DNA of 61,906 bases from Bradymonadia bacterium (GCA_047629415.1 JBLHWZ010000003.1:1-61906), one strand, 5' to 3'. Shown: positions 41,707 to 55,021, counted from the stretch's first letter. Made by a program: numbers and translations. The notes: generated by a model not told the origin, from the letters alone.

Positions 41707-43467
41707 ATGCGCAGTCACCATCTCTTGATCGCAACCGGTTTCCTGTTCATTGCGGCGTGCGACGAGTCTGAGACGCTCGTCTCCTCGACAGACACTTCGA
41801 ATGGGGATGCAGGAGCTGTGGACACCGGCCCGATCTACGAGAATTGTTTCAATGGCGTAGACGACAACGAGGACCTCCTAATCGATTGCGCCGACTCGCA
41901 GTGCCGGAGCCTCGACATCTGCCGAGAATTTGAGTGTCCCGACGGCCGCATCGGGTCCCAGATTGGCTACCCTGCGTTCACAGAGAGTACGGAGGGAACC
42001 GGCAACAACCTCGCAGGATCCTGCGGGGGACAGGGGGGAGAGGAACTCGCGCTTCTATGGGAGGCGCCCGCCGACGGGGACTACTGGATCGATACGAGGG
42101 GGCGCAGCTACGACACCGTCCTCTACATCCTAGAAGGATGCGGCGGCGACGAGATCGCGTGCAACGACGATGCGGCAAACCCGCCATCGCTTCGTTCGGA
42201 GATTCTACTCACCGCAGAAGCCGAAGCAGAATACCTGATCGTCGTAGATGGATACGATGTCGTCAACGGCCCCGATGGCGACGAATTTCAGCTCAACATC
42301 ACGCCTGTTCTGATGCCTTCGGAGATTGGTTTCTGCGGCGATGGCCGGGACAATGATGAAGACGGAGTCTCAGACTGCGACGACGACGATTGTGTTCTCT
42401 TTAACGCTTGCCTCCCTCTGGAACAGCTTACCGAGATTTCGAGCGGGGTTTCTCACACATGTGCTCGCTCGGAAGATCGATCCTACTGTTGGGGCTCGAG
42501 CGGCAGCGGCGAACTCGGCGTCATCGATGCCACGCCGACCGCACGTCCCGTAGCTCTTCAACGAAGTTGGAGTGGTCTGAGCGCCGGCAGCGACTTTACC
42601 TGCGGTCTCGACGATGCCGCCCAGACGTGGTGCTGGGGAAGCGGTAACTGGGGCCGCCTCCTGCGACCGGTAGAGGAGGGCGATGCCCCTGAGCCGATCC
42701 TATTGCCGCTCCCTGCCGCTCAGCAAGTCGCAGTGGGCTGGAATCACAACTGCGCGGCGCTGACGGACGGCACTGTTCGTTGCTGGGGCTACAATGGCTC
42801 TGGTCAACTTGGCGACGGGGAATCCGGAGGTCTGGGCTCCGAGGCCGTCGAAGCAGTGGGAGTGGCGAATGCCCGTGACGTGAGCGCCGGAGCACAATCC
42901 TCCTGCGCCGTGACAGACGGCGGCGAACTCTGGTGTTGGGGGGGGAACGGGAACGGCCAAATCGACGCTTCCGCGGAGTGGACAGTCCCCCTGCCAACGC
43001 GGATATTGGACGCGGTCGCAGCTACCACTGTGGGCGGCAATCACATCTGCGCACTGCTCGAAAACGGGCAAGTGCAGTGTCGCGGCGCCAATTGGAGCGG
43101 ACAGCTTGGTGATGGCGGTACGACCGAGCGTCGACAGTTCGCCACGACTGCAATTGAGAACCGAGTTACCTCATTGGACTGCGGCTCCGGCCACTGTTGT
43201 GCCGTGGATGAGTTCGGCGGAATGTGGTGTTGGGGTGCTAACGGATGGGGACAGCTCGGCACCGGTGACAATGAAACGGCACTGATCCCGACGCGACTTG
43301 AAGGCCACCAGTTGTGGACCGCCGTAGAAACCGGACAAAACACCACATGTGCAATGACGGACGAATCGCAGGCATGGTGCTGGGGAGGCAACAGCAGCGG
43401 TCAGCTAGGTGACGCGACCAGAACAAACTCCTTTTCGCCGCGTCGAGTCCTCCGACCAACGGACTGA
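41707..43467 (+). CDS. RCC1-repeat beta-propeller lipoprotein with N-terminal PPC-like domain
   Basis: The ATG at 41707 gives MRSHHLLIATGFLFIAAC. At least seven RCC1-like blades are present (HTCARSEDRSYCWGSSGSGELG, HNCAALTDGTVRCWGYNGSGQLGDG, HCCAVDEFGGMWCWGANGWGQLGTG, and others). Confidence 0.8.
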   Translation: MRSHHLLIATGFLFIAACDESETLVSSTDTSNGDAGAVDTGPIYENCFNGVDDNEDLLIDCADSQCRSLDICREFECPDGRIGSQIGYPAFTESTEGTGNNLAGSCGGQGGEELALLWEAPADGDYWIDTRGRSYDTVLYILEGCGGDEIACNDDAANPPSLRSEILLTAEAEAEYLIVVDGYDVVNGPDGDEFQLNITPVLMPSEIGFCGDGRDNDEDGVSDCDDDDCVLFNACLPLEQLTEISSGVSHTCARSEDRSYCWGSSGSGELGVIDATPTARPVALQRSWSGLSAGSDFTCGLDDAAQTWCWGSGNWGRLLRPVEEGDAPEPILLPLPAAQQVAVGWNHNCAALTDGTVRCWGYNGSGQLGDGESGGLGSEAVEAVGVANARDVSAGAQSSCAVTDGGELWCWGGNGNGQIDASAEWTVPLPTRILDAVAATTVGGNHICALLENGQVQCRGANWSGQLGDGGTTERRQFATTAIENRVTSLDCGSGHCCAVDEFGGMWCWGANGWGQLGTGDNETALIPTRLEGHQLWTAVETGQNTTCAMTDESQAWCWGGNSSGQLGDATRTNSFSPRRVLRPTD

Positions 43468-43494
43468 GATGATCCGTTTGGAGGGCATCTAAGC

Positions 43495-43522
43495 TTGACA
43501 CCGGGTTCCTCAAACGTATAGT
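43495..43522 (+). promoter_or_regulatory. sigma-70 promoter of the str/ribosomal super-operon
   Basis: TTGACA (43495-43500), a 16-nt spacer and TATAGT (43517-43522) lie ~115 nt upstream of rpsL. Confidence 0.6.
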
Positions 43523-43636
43523 GCCGCTCCCTCACGACCCCAGTAGCACCGGAAACGGCCGCAGCTGGGCGACCTTAGGGTTATTTCCAGACAGATCGCC
43601 TTTCGGCGATGGTCTCAAGCGAACGCTACAACGACG

Positions 43637-44008
43637 ATGCCAACCATTAACCAGCTGGTCCGCAAGGGCCGCAAGCGAAAGGTCACGAAGACGTCGGCTC
43701 CGGCTCTTCGAGGATGCCCGCAAAAGCGCGGCGTCTGCACTCGCGTCTACACGACGACCCCCAAGAAGCCGAACTCCGCACTCCGTAAGGTGGCGCGTGT
43801 TCGTCTCACCAACGGGATGGAAGTTTCGTCTTACATTCCGGGCGAAGGCCACAACCTCCAGGAGCACAGCGTAGTGCTACTCCGCGGCGGTCGTGTGAAG
43901 GACCTTCCCGGTGTTCGTTACCACATCATTCGCGGCGCGCTTGACGCAGTCGGCGTCGGCGATCGTCGCCAAGGCCGTTCCAAGTACGGCACGAAGCGCC
44001 CCAAGTAG
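43637..44008 (+). CDS. rpsL: 30S ribosomal protein S12
   Basis: The sequence reads [13 protein letters not shown]...[11 protein letters not shown]... Confidence 0.98.
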   Translation: MPTINQLVRKGRKRKVTKTSAPALRGCPQKRGVCTRVYTTTPKKPNSALRKVARVRLTNGMEVSSYIPGEGHNLQEHSVVLLRGGRVKDLPGVRYHIIRGALDAVGVGDRRQGRSKYGTKRPK

Positions 44009-44021
44009 AGCGAGAGACTAA

Positions 44022-44495
<474 letters not shown>

Positions 44496-44608
44496 TCCTT
44501 TAGGAACCACTGGTCGCCCTCCAAGGGCACCCCAAGCGCACTCGGCCATTCGGTACGAGGCGCCCTCAAATAGCGCGGCATCGTTCGCGCACTGACCTTA
44601 TCAATCTC

Positions 44609-46714
44609 GTGGCGAAGCAACCGCTACATACGCTCCGTAACATCGGCATCATGGCTCATATTGATGCCGGGAAGACGACGACCACGGAGCGCGTCCTGTA
44701 CTACTCAGGACGAATCCATAAGATTGGTGAGGTCCACGATGGAGCCGCGACGACGGACTGGATGCCCCAAGAGCAAGAAAGGGGCATTACTATTACGTCG
44801 GCCGCGACCACCTGCGAGTGGGCAGGTCATCGCATTAATATTATCGACACTCCGGGGCACGTAGACTTCACCATTGAAGTCGAGCGCTCTTTGAGGGTGT
44901 TGGACGGCGCTGTGGCAGTCTTCTGTGCAGTCGGCGCAGTGCAGCCCCAGTCCGAAACGGTCTGGCGACAAGCGAACAAGTACTCTGTTCCGCGCGTCGC
45001 CTTCGTGAACAAGATGGACCGCATTGGTGCTGACTTTCCGCGGTGTCTTGTAGACATTCGCGAGAAGCTTGCAGCCAATCCCATCGCTCTTCACATGCCG
45101 ATAGGAGCAGAGGAACGCTTCGAAGGCCAAGTCGATCTCATCCGCATGCGTGAAATCACGTACGGCTCGGAAACACTCGGTGCCGAAGTGCACGACGGGG
45201 ACATTCGAGCAGATCTGCTGGAAGATGCTCAGGCAGCTCGCGAAGCGATGATCGAGTCTCTCGCAGACATGAACGACGAAATCGCCGAGCTCTACCTCGA
45301 GGGTGAAGACATCTCAGAGGAGCTGCTCGTCGCGGCTATTCGGCAAGGATGCATCGCTCTCGAACTCGTTCCAGTTCTTTGTGGCAGCGCATTCAAAAAT
45401 AAGGGAGTGCAACCACTCCTCGATGCCGTCGTCGCATACCTGCCGTCGCCTCTCGACGTCCCCGCCGTAACCGGCTTTAAGCCGGAAGCAGTAAAGGACG
45501 CGGACGACACAGGTAGAGAACTGACGGACGCTGACCGAGACTCGCGCCTCGCAGACGCGAATGCGCCGTTTGCGGCGCTCGCATTCAAGATCGCTACCGA
45601 TCCGTACGTGGGTCAGCTTACCTACTTCCGAGTTTACTCGGGCTCGCTCGAGAAGGGCGCCCATGTAGTCAACCCCGGAAAGGGCAAGCGCGAGCGAATG
45701 GGGCGGCTGCTCCAGATGCACGCGAATAAGCGGGAAGATATCGACCGAGTTGAGGCTGGAGACATCGCAGCTGCAGTCGGTCTCCGGCTTACCACGACAG
45801 GCGACACGCTCTGCGATGAGAAGCATCCGATCGTGCTTGAGCGCATGTTCTTCCCGGACCCGGTTATCGCGATCGCGATTGAGCCGAAGACCCAGGCAGA
45901 TCAAGATAAGCTCTCGCTGTCGCTAGACAAACTAGCGCTCGAAGATCCTTCCTTTCAGGTCCGCGTCGACCCCGAAACCGGGCAGACTCTGATCTCAGGA
46001 ATGGGTGAGCTTCATCTTGAGATTATTGTCGACAGGCTCGCACGCGAGTTCAAAGTCGGAGCTAACATCGGCAAGCCGCAGGTCGCGTATCGCGAGACCT
46101 TGGCAGCGCCGATCAAGATCCGACGCCAATTTATCCGCCAGTCTGGCGGCAAGGGTCAGTACGGTGACGTTGAACTGGAGCTCGCTCCCCTTGAACGCGG
46201 TGCAGGCATCGTGTTCGAGAACGGACTCTCCGACGGAACGATCCCCGCTGAGTTCGTCCCAGCAGTAGAAAGTGGCGTTCGCCAGGCGGCCGACGCGGGT
46301 ATATTGACAGGCTATTCCTGCGTCGATATTCGCGCCCGCCTGGTCGGTGGCTCTTTTCATGATACGGACTCGAGCGACATGGCCTTTAAGATCGCAGGAT
46401 CTATGGCTTTTCGTGATGGATGCCTCGAAGCAGGCGTTCAGATCCTAGAACCAATCTTTGATGTTGAAGTGACGGTCCCCGAAGAGTACATGGGCGACGT
46501 CATCGGAGACCTCAACCGTCGGCGCGGGAATGTCACAGAAATGACAGACCAGGCCGGCGCGAAAGTGATTCGCGCACACGTGCCCCTCGCGGAGATGGTT
46601 GGCTATGCCACCGACTCCCGCTCCCTGAGCAAGGGCCGTGCAGACCACACTATGGAATTCGATCATTACGCGCCCTGTCCTAGGGCGCTGCAAGAAGAAC
46701 TCGCATCGCGCTGA
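44609..46714 (+). CDS. fusA: elongation factor G
   Basis: The gene has a GTG start and encodes 701 aa with [12 protein letters not shown] and DTPGHVDF. Confidence 0.98.
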   Translation: MAKQPLHTLRNIGIMAHIDAGKTTTTERVLYYSGRIHKIGEVHDGAATTDWMPQEQERGITITSAATTCEWAGHRINIIDTPGHVDFTIEVERSLRVLDGAVAVFCAVGAVQPQSETVWRQANKYSVPRVAFVNKMDRIGADFPRCLVDIREKLAANPIALHMPIGAEERFEGQVDLIRMREITYGSETLGAEVHDGDIRADLLEDAQAAREAMIESLADMNDEIAELYLEGEDISEELLVAAIRQGCIALELVPVLCGSAFKNKGVQPLLDAVVAYLPSPLDVPAVTGFKPEAVKDADDTGRELTDADRDSRLADANAPFAALAFKIATDPYVGQLTYFRVYSGSLEKGAHVVNPGKGKRERMGRLLQMHANKREDIDRVEAGDIAAAVGLRLTTTGDTLCDEKHPIVLERMFFPDPVIAIAIEPKTQADQDKLSLSLDKLALEDPSFQVRVDPETGQTLISGMGELHLEIIVDRLAREFKVGANIGKPQVAYRETLAAPIKIRRQFIRQSGGKGQYGDVELELAPLERGAGIVFENGLSDGTIPAEFVPAVESGVRQAADAGILTGYSCVDIRARLVGGSFHDTDSSDMAFKIAGSMAFRDGCLEAGVQILEPIFDVEVTVPEEYMGDVIGDLNRRRGNVTEMTDQAGAKVIRAHVPLAEMVGYATDSRSLSKGRADHTMEFDHYAPCPRALQEELASR

Positions 46715-46739
46715 AAGCGAGTTAGACGGAGATACGGCG

Positions 46740-47936
<1,197 letters not shown>

Positions 47937-47948
47937 TTCCCACTAGAT

Positions 47949-47970
47949 AGGCTCGCCTCTCGGTGAGCCT
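47949..47970 (+). terminator. stem-loop between tuf and rpsJ, a possible attenuator or partial terminator
   Basis: AGGCTCGCC-tctc-GGTGAGCCT forms a 9-bp stem including one G-U pair, followed by gtctcgtattg. The U-tract is weak. Confidence 0.35.
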
Positions 47971-47995
47971 GTCTCGTATTGTCCACGAGGCTTTG

Positions 47996-48304
47996 ATGGC
48001 CAGCGACAAGATTCGCATTAAACTAAAGGCATACGACTACACCTTGCTTGACCGCAGCGCCGCCGAGATCATCGATACGGCGAAGCGGACAGGTGCTCAG
48101 GTTGCTGGTCCAGTGCCCCTCCCGACGTCGATTAACAAGTTCTGCGTTCTTCGCGGACCCCATATCGACAAGAAGTCGCGTGAGCAATTTGAGATGCGCA
48201 CACACAAGCGACTCATCGACATCCTTGAGCCGACGGAGCAGACGCTGAATGCGTTGATGCGCCTCGATCTCTCGCCCGGTGTCGACGTCGAAATCAAGAC
48301 CTGA
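47996..48304 (+). CDS. rpsJ: 30S ribosomal protein S10
   Basis: The protein runs [14 protein letters not shown]...VDVEIKT. The track start 47963 adds 11 non-conserved residues. Confidence 0.96.
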   Translation: MASDKIRIKLKAYDYTLLDRSAAEIIDTAKRTGAQVAGPVPLPTSINKFCVLRGPHIDKKSREQFEMRTHKRLIDILEPTEQTLNALMRLDLSPGVDVEIKT

Positions 48305-48335
48305 GACGCTTTAGCGCTACGACCGGAGAGTTCCG

Positions 48336-48953
48336 ATGAACCTGGACGTTTATAATCTCGACAACGCCAAAGTTGGCGAAGTCGCAGTATCCGAAGAAGT
48401 GTTCGGAGCGGAAATTAAGCCGCACCTTCACTACGAAGTGGTCAAATGGCAGCTCGCACGCCGCCGTGCGGGTACCCACAAGACCAAAACCCGCGCTGAG
48501 ATATCGGCAACGGGTGCGAAAATGTACCGGCAGAAAGGCACCGGTAACGCACGACACGGCAGTCGCCGTGTCCCGACATTTGTCGGTGGTGGCGTTGCAC
48601 ACGGTCCACAGCCGCGTAACTACGAATACAAGCTCCCTAAGAAGGTGAAGCGGGGCGCACTGCGCTCGGCTCTCTCCCAAAAGGTAGCGGAAGGACGCGT
48701 AAAGGTTGTCGATTCGTTCGAAATGAACGAGGCGAAGACCAAGGTAGTCCTAAGCCATCTTTCGAAGCTTGAGACGCAGAACGCGTTGGTCGTCGATGTC
48801 GACAACTATACGCTCAAGCTCTCAGTTCGAAACCTCCAGGGCGCTAAGTTTATTGCCTCAGTGGCAGTGAACGTTCGCGACCTCATCCACTACGACAACC
48901 TCGTTATCACGCGAAGCGCGATCGAGGCCCTCGACGGAGCCCTGAAGTCATGA
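48336..48953 (+). CDS. rplD: 50S ribosomal protein L4
   Basis: The L4 core [10 protein letters not shown]...[11 protein letters not shown] is present. The gene starts only 31 nt after the rpsJ stop, so no rplC lies between them. Confidence 0.96.
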   Translation: MNLDVYNLDNAKVGEVAVSEEVFGAEIKPHLHYEVVKWQLARRRAGTHKTKTRAEISATGAKMYRQKGTGNARHGSRRVPTFVGGGVAHGPQPRNYEYKLPKKVKRGALRSALSQKVAEGRVKVVDSFEMNEAKTKVVLSHLSKLETQNALVVDVDNYTLKLSVRNLQGAKFIASVAVNVRDLIHYDNLVITRSAIEALDGALKS

Positions 48954-49252
48954 GTGTCTTCGGCGTAATAAAGAGGCCGGTGGTCACCGAAAAGACCACG
49001 TTGGGCGCAGACCTGAACCAATATGTGTTCGAAGTCGCGCTTGACTCTAATAAGTACCAGATTCGCGACGCCGTCGAAGGCCTCTTCGACGTCAGCGTGA
49101 CGAAGGTCCGCACCGCCATCATGCAAGGGAAGCGCAAGCGCTTCGGCCGGCACTTTGGTAAGCGTTCGAACTGGAAGAAGGCAGTCGTAACCCTGAAAGA
49201 AGGGGATTCGATTGAAATCTACGGCGAAGAGTCCGAGGAACTCGAGGACTGA
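48950..49252 (+). CDS. rplW: 50S ribosomal protein L23
   Basis: The protein contains IKRPVVTEKT..., overlaps rplD by ATGA and has an acidic C-terminal tail. Confidence 0.95.
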   Translation: MSVFGVIKRPVVTEKTTLGADLNQYVFEVALDSNKYQIRDAVEGLFDVSVTKVRTAIMQGKRKRFGRHFGKRSNWKKAVVTLKEGDSIEIYGEESEELED

Positions 49253-49283
49253 GCACCTCGACCTAGCCTGAGAAAGCAATACG

Positions 49284-50117
49284 ATGGGTACTAAAAAGCA
49301 TAAACCAACTTCTCCGGGACTCCGTTCTGCGGTGACACCGGACTTCGAAGGTATTTCTAAGGAAAAACCTCAGAAGAGACTGTTGGGCAAGTGGTCCCGT
49401 AATGGCGGCCGAAACAATCATGGTCATATCACGGTGCGTCACCGTGGCGGTGGACACAAACGCCGTTACCGGATCATCGACTTCAAGCGCGACAAGATTG
49501 GCGTGCCTGGAACGGTGAAGACGATCGAGTACGATCCTAACCGAACGGCCCGAATCGCACTGATTCAGTACGCCGATGGTGAAAAACGCTACATCCTTGC
49601 ACCGATCGGTCTTGAGATCGGCAACCAGGTGCTTTCGTCACCTAAAGCCGATATCAAGCCTGGCAACTGCATGAAGCTGAAGGCGCTCCCACTCGGGACC
49701 GTCGTGCACAATGTCGAGCTCCGACCTGGAAAGGGCGGGCAGATGGTGCGCAGCGCGGGCGTTGGAGCACAGCTGATGGCAAAGGAAGGTCGCTACGCGA
49801 CTCTCCGTCTGCCGAGCGGCGAATTCCGCAAGGTCCTCATGGAGTGCCGTGCAACTGTTGGTCAAGTGAGCAACATGGAGCACGGCAACCTGAAGATCGG
49901 TAAAGCGGGTCGCAAGCGCTGGCTCGGTCGCCGTCCCCACGTCCGTGGTACCGCTATGAACCCGGTTGATCACCCGCACGGTGGTGGCGAAGGCCGTACC
50001 GCAGGTGGTCGTCACCCGGTTACGCCATGGGGCTTCCCGACGAAGGGCAAGCGCACGCGTAAGAACAAGCGTACTGATAAGTTCATTGTGAAGCGCCGGC
50101 CGAATGGTCGCCGCTGA
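49284..50117 (+). CDS. rplB: 50S ribosomal protein L2
   Basis: [13 protein letters not shown] and [10 protein letters not shown] are present in 277 aa. Confidence 0.98.
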   Translation: MGTKKHKPTSPGLRSAVTPDFEGISKEKPQKRLLGKWSRNGGRNNHGHITVRHRGGGHKRRYRIIDFKRDKIGVPGTVKTIEYDPNRTARIALIQYADGEKRYILAPIGLEIGNQVLSSPKADIKPGNCMKLKALPLGTVVHNVELRPGKGGQMVRSAGVGAQLMAKEGRYATLRLPSGEFRKVLMECRATVGQVSNMEHGNLKIGKAGRKRWLGRRPHVRGTAMNPVDHPHGGGEGRTAGGRHPVTPWGFPTKGKRTRKNKRTDKFIVKRRPNGRR

Positions 50118-50135
50118 TCGACACAGAGATTACTA

Positions 50136-50414
50136 ATGCCGCGTTCAATCAAAAAAGGGCCGTTCGTAGACGGCCATCTGCTGGCGAAAGCTGAAGAAGC
50201 TTCGGAGACTGGTAGCAAGCGGGTCATCAAGACCTGGTCGCGCCGCTCCACGATTCTTCCCGCATTTGTCGGACTCACCTTCGCGGTCCACAACGGCCGC
50301 AAGTTCATCCCCGTGTTCGTCACGGACCAGATGGTCGGGCACAAGCTGGGCGAGTTCGCCCCCACCCGCACCTACTTTGGTCACGGTGTCGACAAGAAGG
50401 GCAAGAGACGATGA
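50136..50414 (+). CDS. rpsS: 30S ribosomal protein S19
   Basis: [12 protein letters not shown]...[13 protein letters not shown] is present. Confidence 0.98.
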   Translation: MPRSIKKGPFVDGHLLAKAEEASETGSKRVIKTWSRRSTILPAFVGLTFAVHNGRKFIPVFVTDQMVGHKLGEFAPTRTYFGHGVDKKGKRR

Positions 50415-50782
50415 GTAACAAGAACGAATTCGGAAACCGCGCAAACGTGGTGCACCTCAACGGTGTCCGTGTTTCGCCCCGAAAGATGCGCGTCGTCATC
50501 GACCAAGTCCGCTACATGGACGTCGATGAGGCCATTGCCGCTCTGTCCTTCTCGGACCGAGGAGCTGCCGAGCCGATCCGCAAGTTGATCGAGTCGGCGG
50601 TGGCGAATGTGCGTGAGAACTTGCGTGACTGGTCGGTAGACGACCTGTTCATCGCTCGCGCAACGGTCGACGCAGGCCCAACCCTTCGCCGGTTCCGACC
50701 GCGCGCCCAGGGGCGTGCTACCAGAATCAACAAGCGCACCTCCCGGGTGACTATCGAACTGCGCCCGTCGGGCGACGAATAG
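50411..50782 (+). CDS. rplV: 50S ribosomal protein L22
   Basis: The position matches, it overlaps rpsS by ATGA, and it contains [16 protein letters not shown]. Confidence 0.95.
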   Translation: MSNKNEFGNRANVVHLNGVRVSPRKMRVVIDQVRYMDVDEAIAALSFSDRGAAEPIRKLIESAVANVRENLRDWSVDDLFIARATVDAGPTLRRFRPRAQGRATRINKRTSRVTIELRPSGDE

Positions 50783-50813
50783 GACGACGCTCGTCGCCCC
50801 CTAGGAGAATTAA

Positions 50814-51458
50814 ATGGGTCAGAAAGTTAATCCCACAGGCCTTCGCATCGGTATTATCGAGGATTGGCGGAGCAAGTGGTACGCGGACAAGAACTACGCC
50901 ACGTGGCTGCATGAGGACCTCTCGATCCGTAAAAAGATCAAGAAGGACCTCGCGAGTACCGGAATCTCCAAGGTGGAGATCGAGCGCGCAGCCAACAAGG
51001 TGAAGGTCTCCGTCCACACTGCAAAGCCGGGAATCATTATCGGTAAGCAGGGCCAAGGCGTAGAGAAGCTTCGGGACGAGCTCCAGAAGCTCACTCCGTC
51101 GAATGTGCTTCTCAACATCGTTGAGGTCCGCAAGGCTGAGCTAGATGCTCAGTTGGTCGCCGAGAACGTTGCTCAGCAGATGGAACGTCGCGTTTCGTTC
51201 CGCCGCGCGATGAAGAAGGCCGTGTCGACCACGATGCGCTTCGGCGCTAAGGGTATCCGCATCAACTGCGCAGGCCGACTGGGTGGCGCCGAGATGTCCC
51301 GCCGCGAGTGGTATCTCGAGGGACGTGTCCCTCTCCACACGCTTCGCGCTGAGATCGACTACGGCTTTGCTGAAGCCCGCACGACGTACGGAATCATCGG
51401 CGTCAAAGTTTGGATTTTTAAGGGCGAAGTCCTCGACAAGCAGCCCCAAACACGTTAG
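50814..51458 (+). CDS. rpsC: 30S ribosomal protein S3
   Basis: [14 protein letters not shown] is present together with a KH-domain pattern. Confidence 0.98.
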   Translation: MGQKVNPTGLRIGIIEDWRSKWYADKNYATWLHEDLSIRKKIKKDLASTGISKVEIERAANKVKVSVHTAKPGIIIGKQGQGVEKLRDELQKLTPSNVLLNIVEVRKAELDAQLVAENVAQQMERRVSFRRAMKKAVSTTMRFGAKGIRINCAGRLGGAEMSRREWYLEGRVPLHTLRAEIDYGFAEARTTYGIIGVKVWIFKGEVLDKQPQTR

Positions 51459-51499
51459 GCAGCGCCCCCCCTCAAGGGTAGGCCCCTACGGAGACAGCC

Positions 51500-51916
51500 A
51501 TGCTATCCCCCCGTAAGATAAAATTCCGCAAGGCCCATAAGGGCCGCGTCCGCGGCAAGACCACCCGCGGTGCAAAGATCTCCTACGGAGATTTCGCACT
51601 CGTCGCCCTCGAGGGCGGTTGGTTGACGGCCCGGCAGATCGAAGCTGCTCGTGTTGCAGCGACGCGTCACATGAAGCGTCAAGGAAAGATGTACATTCGC
51701 ATCTTCCCCGACAAGCCGGTTACCAAGAAGCCCCAAGAAACCCGTATGGGTAAGGGTAAAGGACCTCCGGAGCTCTGGGTTTCCGTCGTGAAGCCAGGTC
51801 GCATTCTCTACGAACTCGAAGGAGTTACGATGGAAGTCGCGAAAGAAGCGTTCCGCCTTGCTGCCCACAAGTTGCCTCTAAAGGTGAAGTTTATTCACCG
51901 TGGAGAGATCGTATGA
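51500..51916 (+). CDS. rplP: 50S ribosomal protein L16
   Basis: [16 protein letters not shown]...ETRMGKGKG is present. Confidence 0.98.
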   Translation: MLSPRKIKFRKAHKGRVRGKTTRGAKISYGDFALVALEGGWLTARQIEAARVAATRHMKRQGKMYIRIFPDKPVTKKPQETRMGKGKGPPELWVSVVKPGRILYELEGVTMEVAKEAFRLAAHKLPLKVKFIHRGEIV

Positions 51917-52101
51917 ATGCGGCAGAAATTCGAGAGAAGACCGACGCTGAGCTCGGTGAACTCAATCAGACGCTCCGAGACGAGCTCTTCCGGCTTCGGA
52001 TGCAGCTTTACACTGGCCAGCTGGATCGCCCGAACCGGCTCCGCGAAGTACGCAAAAGCGTTGCTCGCGTAGCGACGATTCTTCGCGAACGGCAGTCCTA
52101 A
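51913..52101 (+). CDS. rpmC: 50S ribosomal protein L29
   Basis: The 62-aa protein overlaps rplP by ATGA and contains ELR.K...EL...L..L..ELF.LR. Confidence 0.93.
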   Translation: MNAAEIREKTDAELGELNQTLRDELFRLRMQLYTGQLDRPNRLREVRKSVARVATILRERQS

Positions 52102-52108
52102 GGATCTT

Positions 52109-52363
52109 ATGAATTCCACTAACCGAAAGACCCGTGTCGGAACTGTCGTTAGCGACAAGATGGACAAGACGGTTGTTGTCATGACCTCTAAGAAGGTGAT
52201 GCACCCCGTCTACAAAAAGTTCGTAACGCGGCGCGATAAGTATAAAGCGCACGATGCGAACAATGAGTTCCAGTCGGGCGATATGGTCGAGATTGAAGAA
52301 ACCCGTCCGCTCTCGCGCGAAAAGCGCTGGCGTGTGACCAAGCTCATCGAGCGCATCGGCTAA
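52109..52363 (+). CDS. rpsQ: 30S ribosomal protein S17
   Basis: [16 protein letters not shown]...[17 protein letters not shown] is present. Confidence 0.96.
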   Translation: MNSTNRKTRVGTVVSDKMDKTVVVMTSKKVMHPVYKKFVTRRDKYKAHDANNEFQSGDMVEIEETRPLSREKRWRVTKLIERIG

Positions 52364-52393
52364 AGCCGACGCGCCCGTAAAGGGAGAGTCACC

Positions 52394-52762
52394 ATGATTC
52401 AGATGCAGAGTCGACTTGAGGTCGCTGACAATTCAGGTGCTAAGAAGGTCCAGTGCATTAAGGTGCTGGGCGGATCGAAGCGGAAGTACGCCGGTATTGG
52501 CGACCTGATTGTTGTGTCGGTCAAGGAAGCGATGCCGAACGGCAAGGTGAAGAAGGGCGAAGTCCTTCAAGCTGTAGTTGTTCGCACGAAGAAGGAAGTT
52601 CGTCGAAACGACGGCTCCTATATTCGATTCGACGAGAACGCCGCCGTTCTCTTGAACAAGCAAGGCCAACTGATCGGGAACCGAGTTTTCGGTCCCGTGG
52701 CCCGCGAGCTGCGAGCACGTTCGTTTATGCGAATTGTCTCTCTCGCTCCCGAAGTCATTTAG
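52394..52762 (+). CDS. rplN: 50S ribosomal protein L14
   Basis: [28 protein letters not shown] is present. Confidence 0.98.
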   Translation: MIQMQSRLEVADNSGAKKVQCIKVLGGSKRKYAGIGDLIVVSVKEAMPNGKVKKGEVLQAVVVRTKKEVRRNDGSYIRFDENAAVLLNKQGQLIGNRVFGPVARELRARSFMRIVSLAPEVI

Positions 52763-52770
52763 GTGCCGAC

Positions 52771-53154
52771 ATGCATGTGAAAAAAGGAGACACGGTCAAG
52801 ATCGTGACGGGCAAAGACCGTCACCTTGGCCCCGCTAAGGTCCTTCTGGTCCTTCCAGCTGAGAACCGCGTCGTCGTAGAAGGACGCAATCTCGTGAAGA
52901 AGCACAAGAAGGCCAACCAGATGCTCGGAACAGAGTCACGAATCGAAGAGACGGAAGCCCCTGTGCACGCCTCGAACGTTCGGCTCTGGTCGGAGAAGCT
53001 CTCAGCTCCAGTACGCACCCAGGCCCGCTGGGTAGGTGACGGAGATAAACTCTTTGGATCGGAATCTGAGGCTCTAACGAGCTTCACGGATGCGCCCAAG
53101 CGTGTCCGGAAAGTCCGGTACAGCGTGAAGAGTGAAGAGGTCTTTGACGACTGA
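52771..53154 (+). CDS. rplX: 50S ribosomal protein L24, with a ~20-aa internal/C-terminal insertion
   Basis: KKGDTVKIVTGKD....KVL.V.P..NRVVVEG.N.VKKH is present. At 127 aa it is longer than the typical ~105 aa. Confidence 0.93.
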   Translation: MHVKKGDTVKIVTGKDRHLGPAKVLLVLPAENRVVVEGRNLVKKHKKANQMLGTESRIEETEAPVHASNVRLWSEKLSAPVRTQARWVGDGDKLFGSESEALTSFTDAPKRVRKVRYSVKSEEVFDD

Positions 53155-53254
53155 GGATCCTTTGGGCGACGATTTCGCCTGACAACCCCTACACGAAGCG
53201 CTACTGCGCGCTCTCTCGTAGCCCGAGCGGAAACCGGGCACGCTAAGGAGATGG

Positions 53255-53791
53255 ATGAGACTTAGAGAAAAATATCGCACTGAAGTGCTGGCGAAACTCC
53301 AGGAAGAGTTTGGCTACATCAATGTCCACCAGATGCCGAAGCTGGAGAAGGTGGTCATTAACATCGGCCTCGGCGAGGCCGTCGGTAACGTGAAGGTCGT
53401 GCAGCACGCTGTGTCAGACCTGGAAAAGATTACGGGGCAGAAGCCCGTTGTTACGAAGGCGCGCAAGTCGATTGCAACCTTCAAGCTGCGCGAAGGCATG
53501 CCCATCGGCGCGATGGTGACGCTGCGAGGCGCTCGGATGTACGAATTCCTTGAGCGTCTGCTCAATATCGCGCTTCCTGCAGTTCGCGACTTTCGCGGAC
53601 TTTCGTCGAAGTCGTTTGATGGTGCCGGCAACTATACGTTGGGCATCAAAGAGCAGATTATCTTTCCCGAGATTGAGTACGACAAGGTCGACAAGATCCG
53701 GGGCATGAATATTACGGTCGTTACGACCGCGTCGTCCGACGAGGAAGGGCGAAGCCTACTTCGTCACGTCGGTTTTCCCTTCCGCAACTAG
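53255..53791 (+). CDS. rplE: 50S ribosomal protein L5
   Basis: [35 protein letters not shown] is present, with AAGGAG upstream. Confidence 0.97.
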   Translation: MRLREKYRTEVLAKLQEEFGYINVHQMPKLEKVVINIGLGEAVGNVKVVQHAVSDLEKITGQKPVVTKARKSIATFKLREGMPIGAMVTLRGARMYEFLERLLNIALPAVRDFRGLSSKSFDGAGNYTLGIKEQIIFPEIEYDKVDKIRGMNITVVTTASSDEEGRSLLRHVGFPFRN

Positions 53792-53801
53792 GAGTTTTCA
53801 G

Positions 53802-53987
53802 ATGGCCCGCAAGTCGATGCTCGCGAAAGCGAACCGCAAGCCAAAGTTCAAGGTTCGGCAGAAGAACCGCTGCAAACGGTGTGGAAGGTCTCGAGCTTTC
53901 TATCGCAAGTTTGGCGTTTGTCGCATTTGCCTGCGCGAGCTCGCCCATGCGGGTGAGCTGCCTGGCGTCACGAAATCAAGTTGGTGA
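53802..53987 (+). CDS. rpsN: 30S ribosomal protein S14, short zinc-binding type
   Basis: The 61-aa protein carries CKRCGR...CRIC (CxxC...CxxC). Confidence 0.95.
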   Translation: MARKSMLAKANRKPKFKVRQKNRCKRCGRSRAFYRKFGVCRICLRELAHAGELPGVTKSSW

Positions 53988-54033
53988 CTCGCAGGCGCGC
54001 CGCTGTAGCGCTTAGCATGAAGTCGGAGAAGTC

Positions 54034-54426
54034 ATGATAACGGATCCCATTGCGGACCTACTCACTCGCATTCGTAACGCCGGCATGGCGCTGCACCCAA
54101 TCGTCAAGCTTCCGAGCTCGACGCAAAAGGTGGAAGTGCTCCGTGTGCTGAAGGAAGAAGGCTACATTGAAGACTACGCTGTCGGCGACGAAACGCCCCA
54201 GCCGGTCATCACGGTACGCCTGAAGTACCTTCGCGGTAATCACGTAATCACAGGTATCAAGCGCGAGTCGAAACCCGGCCGTCGCACTTACGTCCGTTCG
54301 GACGCGTTGCCAAATGTGCTCAACGGTCTCGGCGTGTCCGTCATCACCACCTCCTTAGGTGTGATGACTGGCAAGTCCGCGACGGATAAGGGCGTAGGCG
54401 GCGAATACATTTGCTCGGTCTGGTAA
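54034..54426 (+). CDS. rpsH: 30S ribosomal protein S8
   Basis: MITDPIADLLTRIRNA is present. Confidence 0.98.
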   Translation: MITDPIADLLTRIRNAGMALHPIVKLPSSTQKVEVLRVLKEEGYIEDYAVGDETPQPVITVRLKYLRGNHVITGIKRESKPGRRTYVRSDALPNVLNGLGVSVITTSLGVMTGKSATDKGVGGEYICSVW

Positions 54427-54454
54427 GCAGCCCGCTCGACTAAGGAGTCAGACG

Positions 54455-55006
54455 ATGTCACGCATCGGAAAACTACCCATCACAGTTCCTGCAAAGGTCA
54501 CGCTCAAGGTCGACGGAAACGTCGTTACCGTGAAAGGGCCGAATGGCGAACTCTCAGAGAGAATGCCAGAAGGAGTTGTATTGGACACAGCAGGCGACAC
54601 CACAACGGTGACGCGTGCCAACGAGACCCGCAACGCTCGCGCTGCACACGGACTCGCACGTACCCTCGTCGCCAATATGGTAGAGGGTGTAACCAACGGC
54701 TATACGAAGACGCTCGTTATTAACGGCGTTGGGTATAAGGCAGAGGCGAAAAGCAAGCAGTGGATACTCTTCACGCTTGGTTACTCGCACCCCATCCTCT
54801 TTGAGTTGCCCGAAGGCGTAAGCGCCGAGATCAACGCGAAGGCGAAGGAGCCAACGGTCAAATTGACCGGAGCCAATAAGCGAGTCATCGGCGCTACCGC
54901 TGCTGAGATCCGCGCACTCCGCGCGCCGGAGCCCTACAAGGGCAAGGGCATTCGCTACTCTGACGAAGTCATCCGCCGTAAGGAAGGCAAGGCTGCCGGC
55001 AAATAG
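54455..55006 (+). CDS. rplF: 50S ribosomal protein L6
   Basis: MSRIGKLPITVPAKV...V.VKGP.GEL is present. Confidence 0.98.
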   Translation: MSRIGKLPITVPAKVTLKVDGNVVTVKGPNGELSERMPEGVVLDTAGDTTTVTRANETRNARAAHGLARTLVANMVEGVTNGYTKTLVINGVGYKAEAKSKQWILFTLGYSHPILFELPEGVSAEINAKAKEPTVKLTGANKRVIGATAAEIRALRAPEPYKGKGIRYSDEVIRRKEGKAAGK

Positions 55007-55021
55007 CCGGCAGGAGAATTC

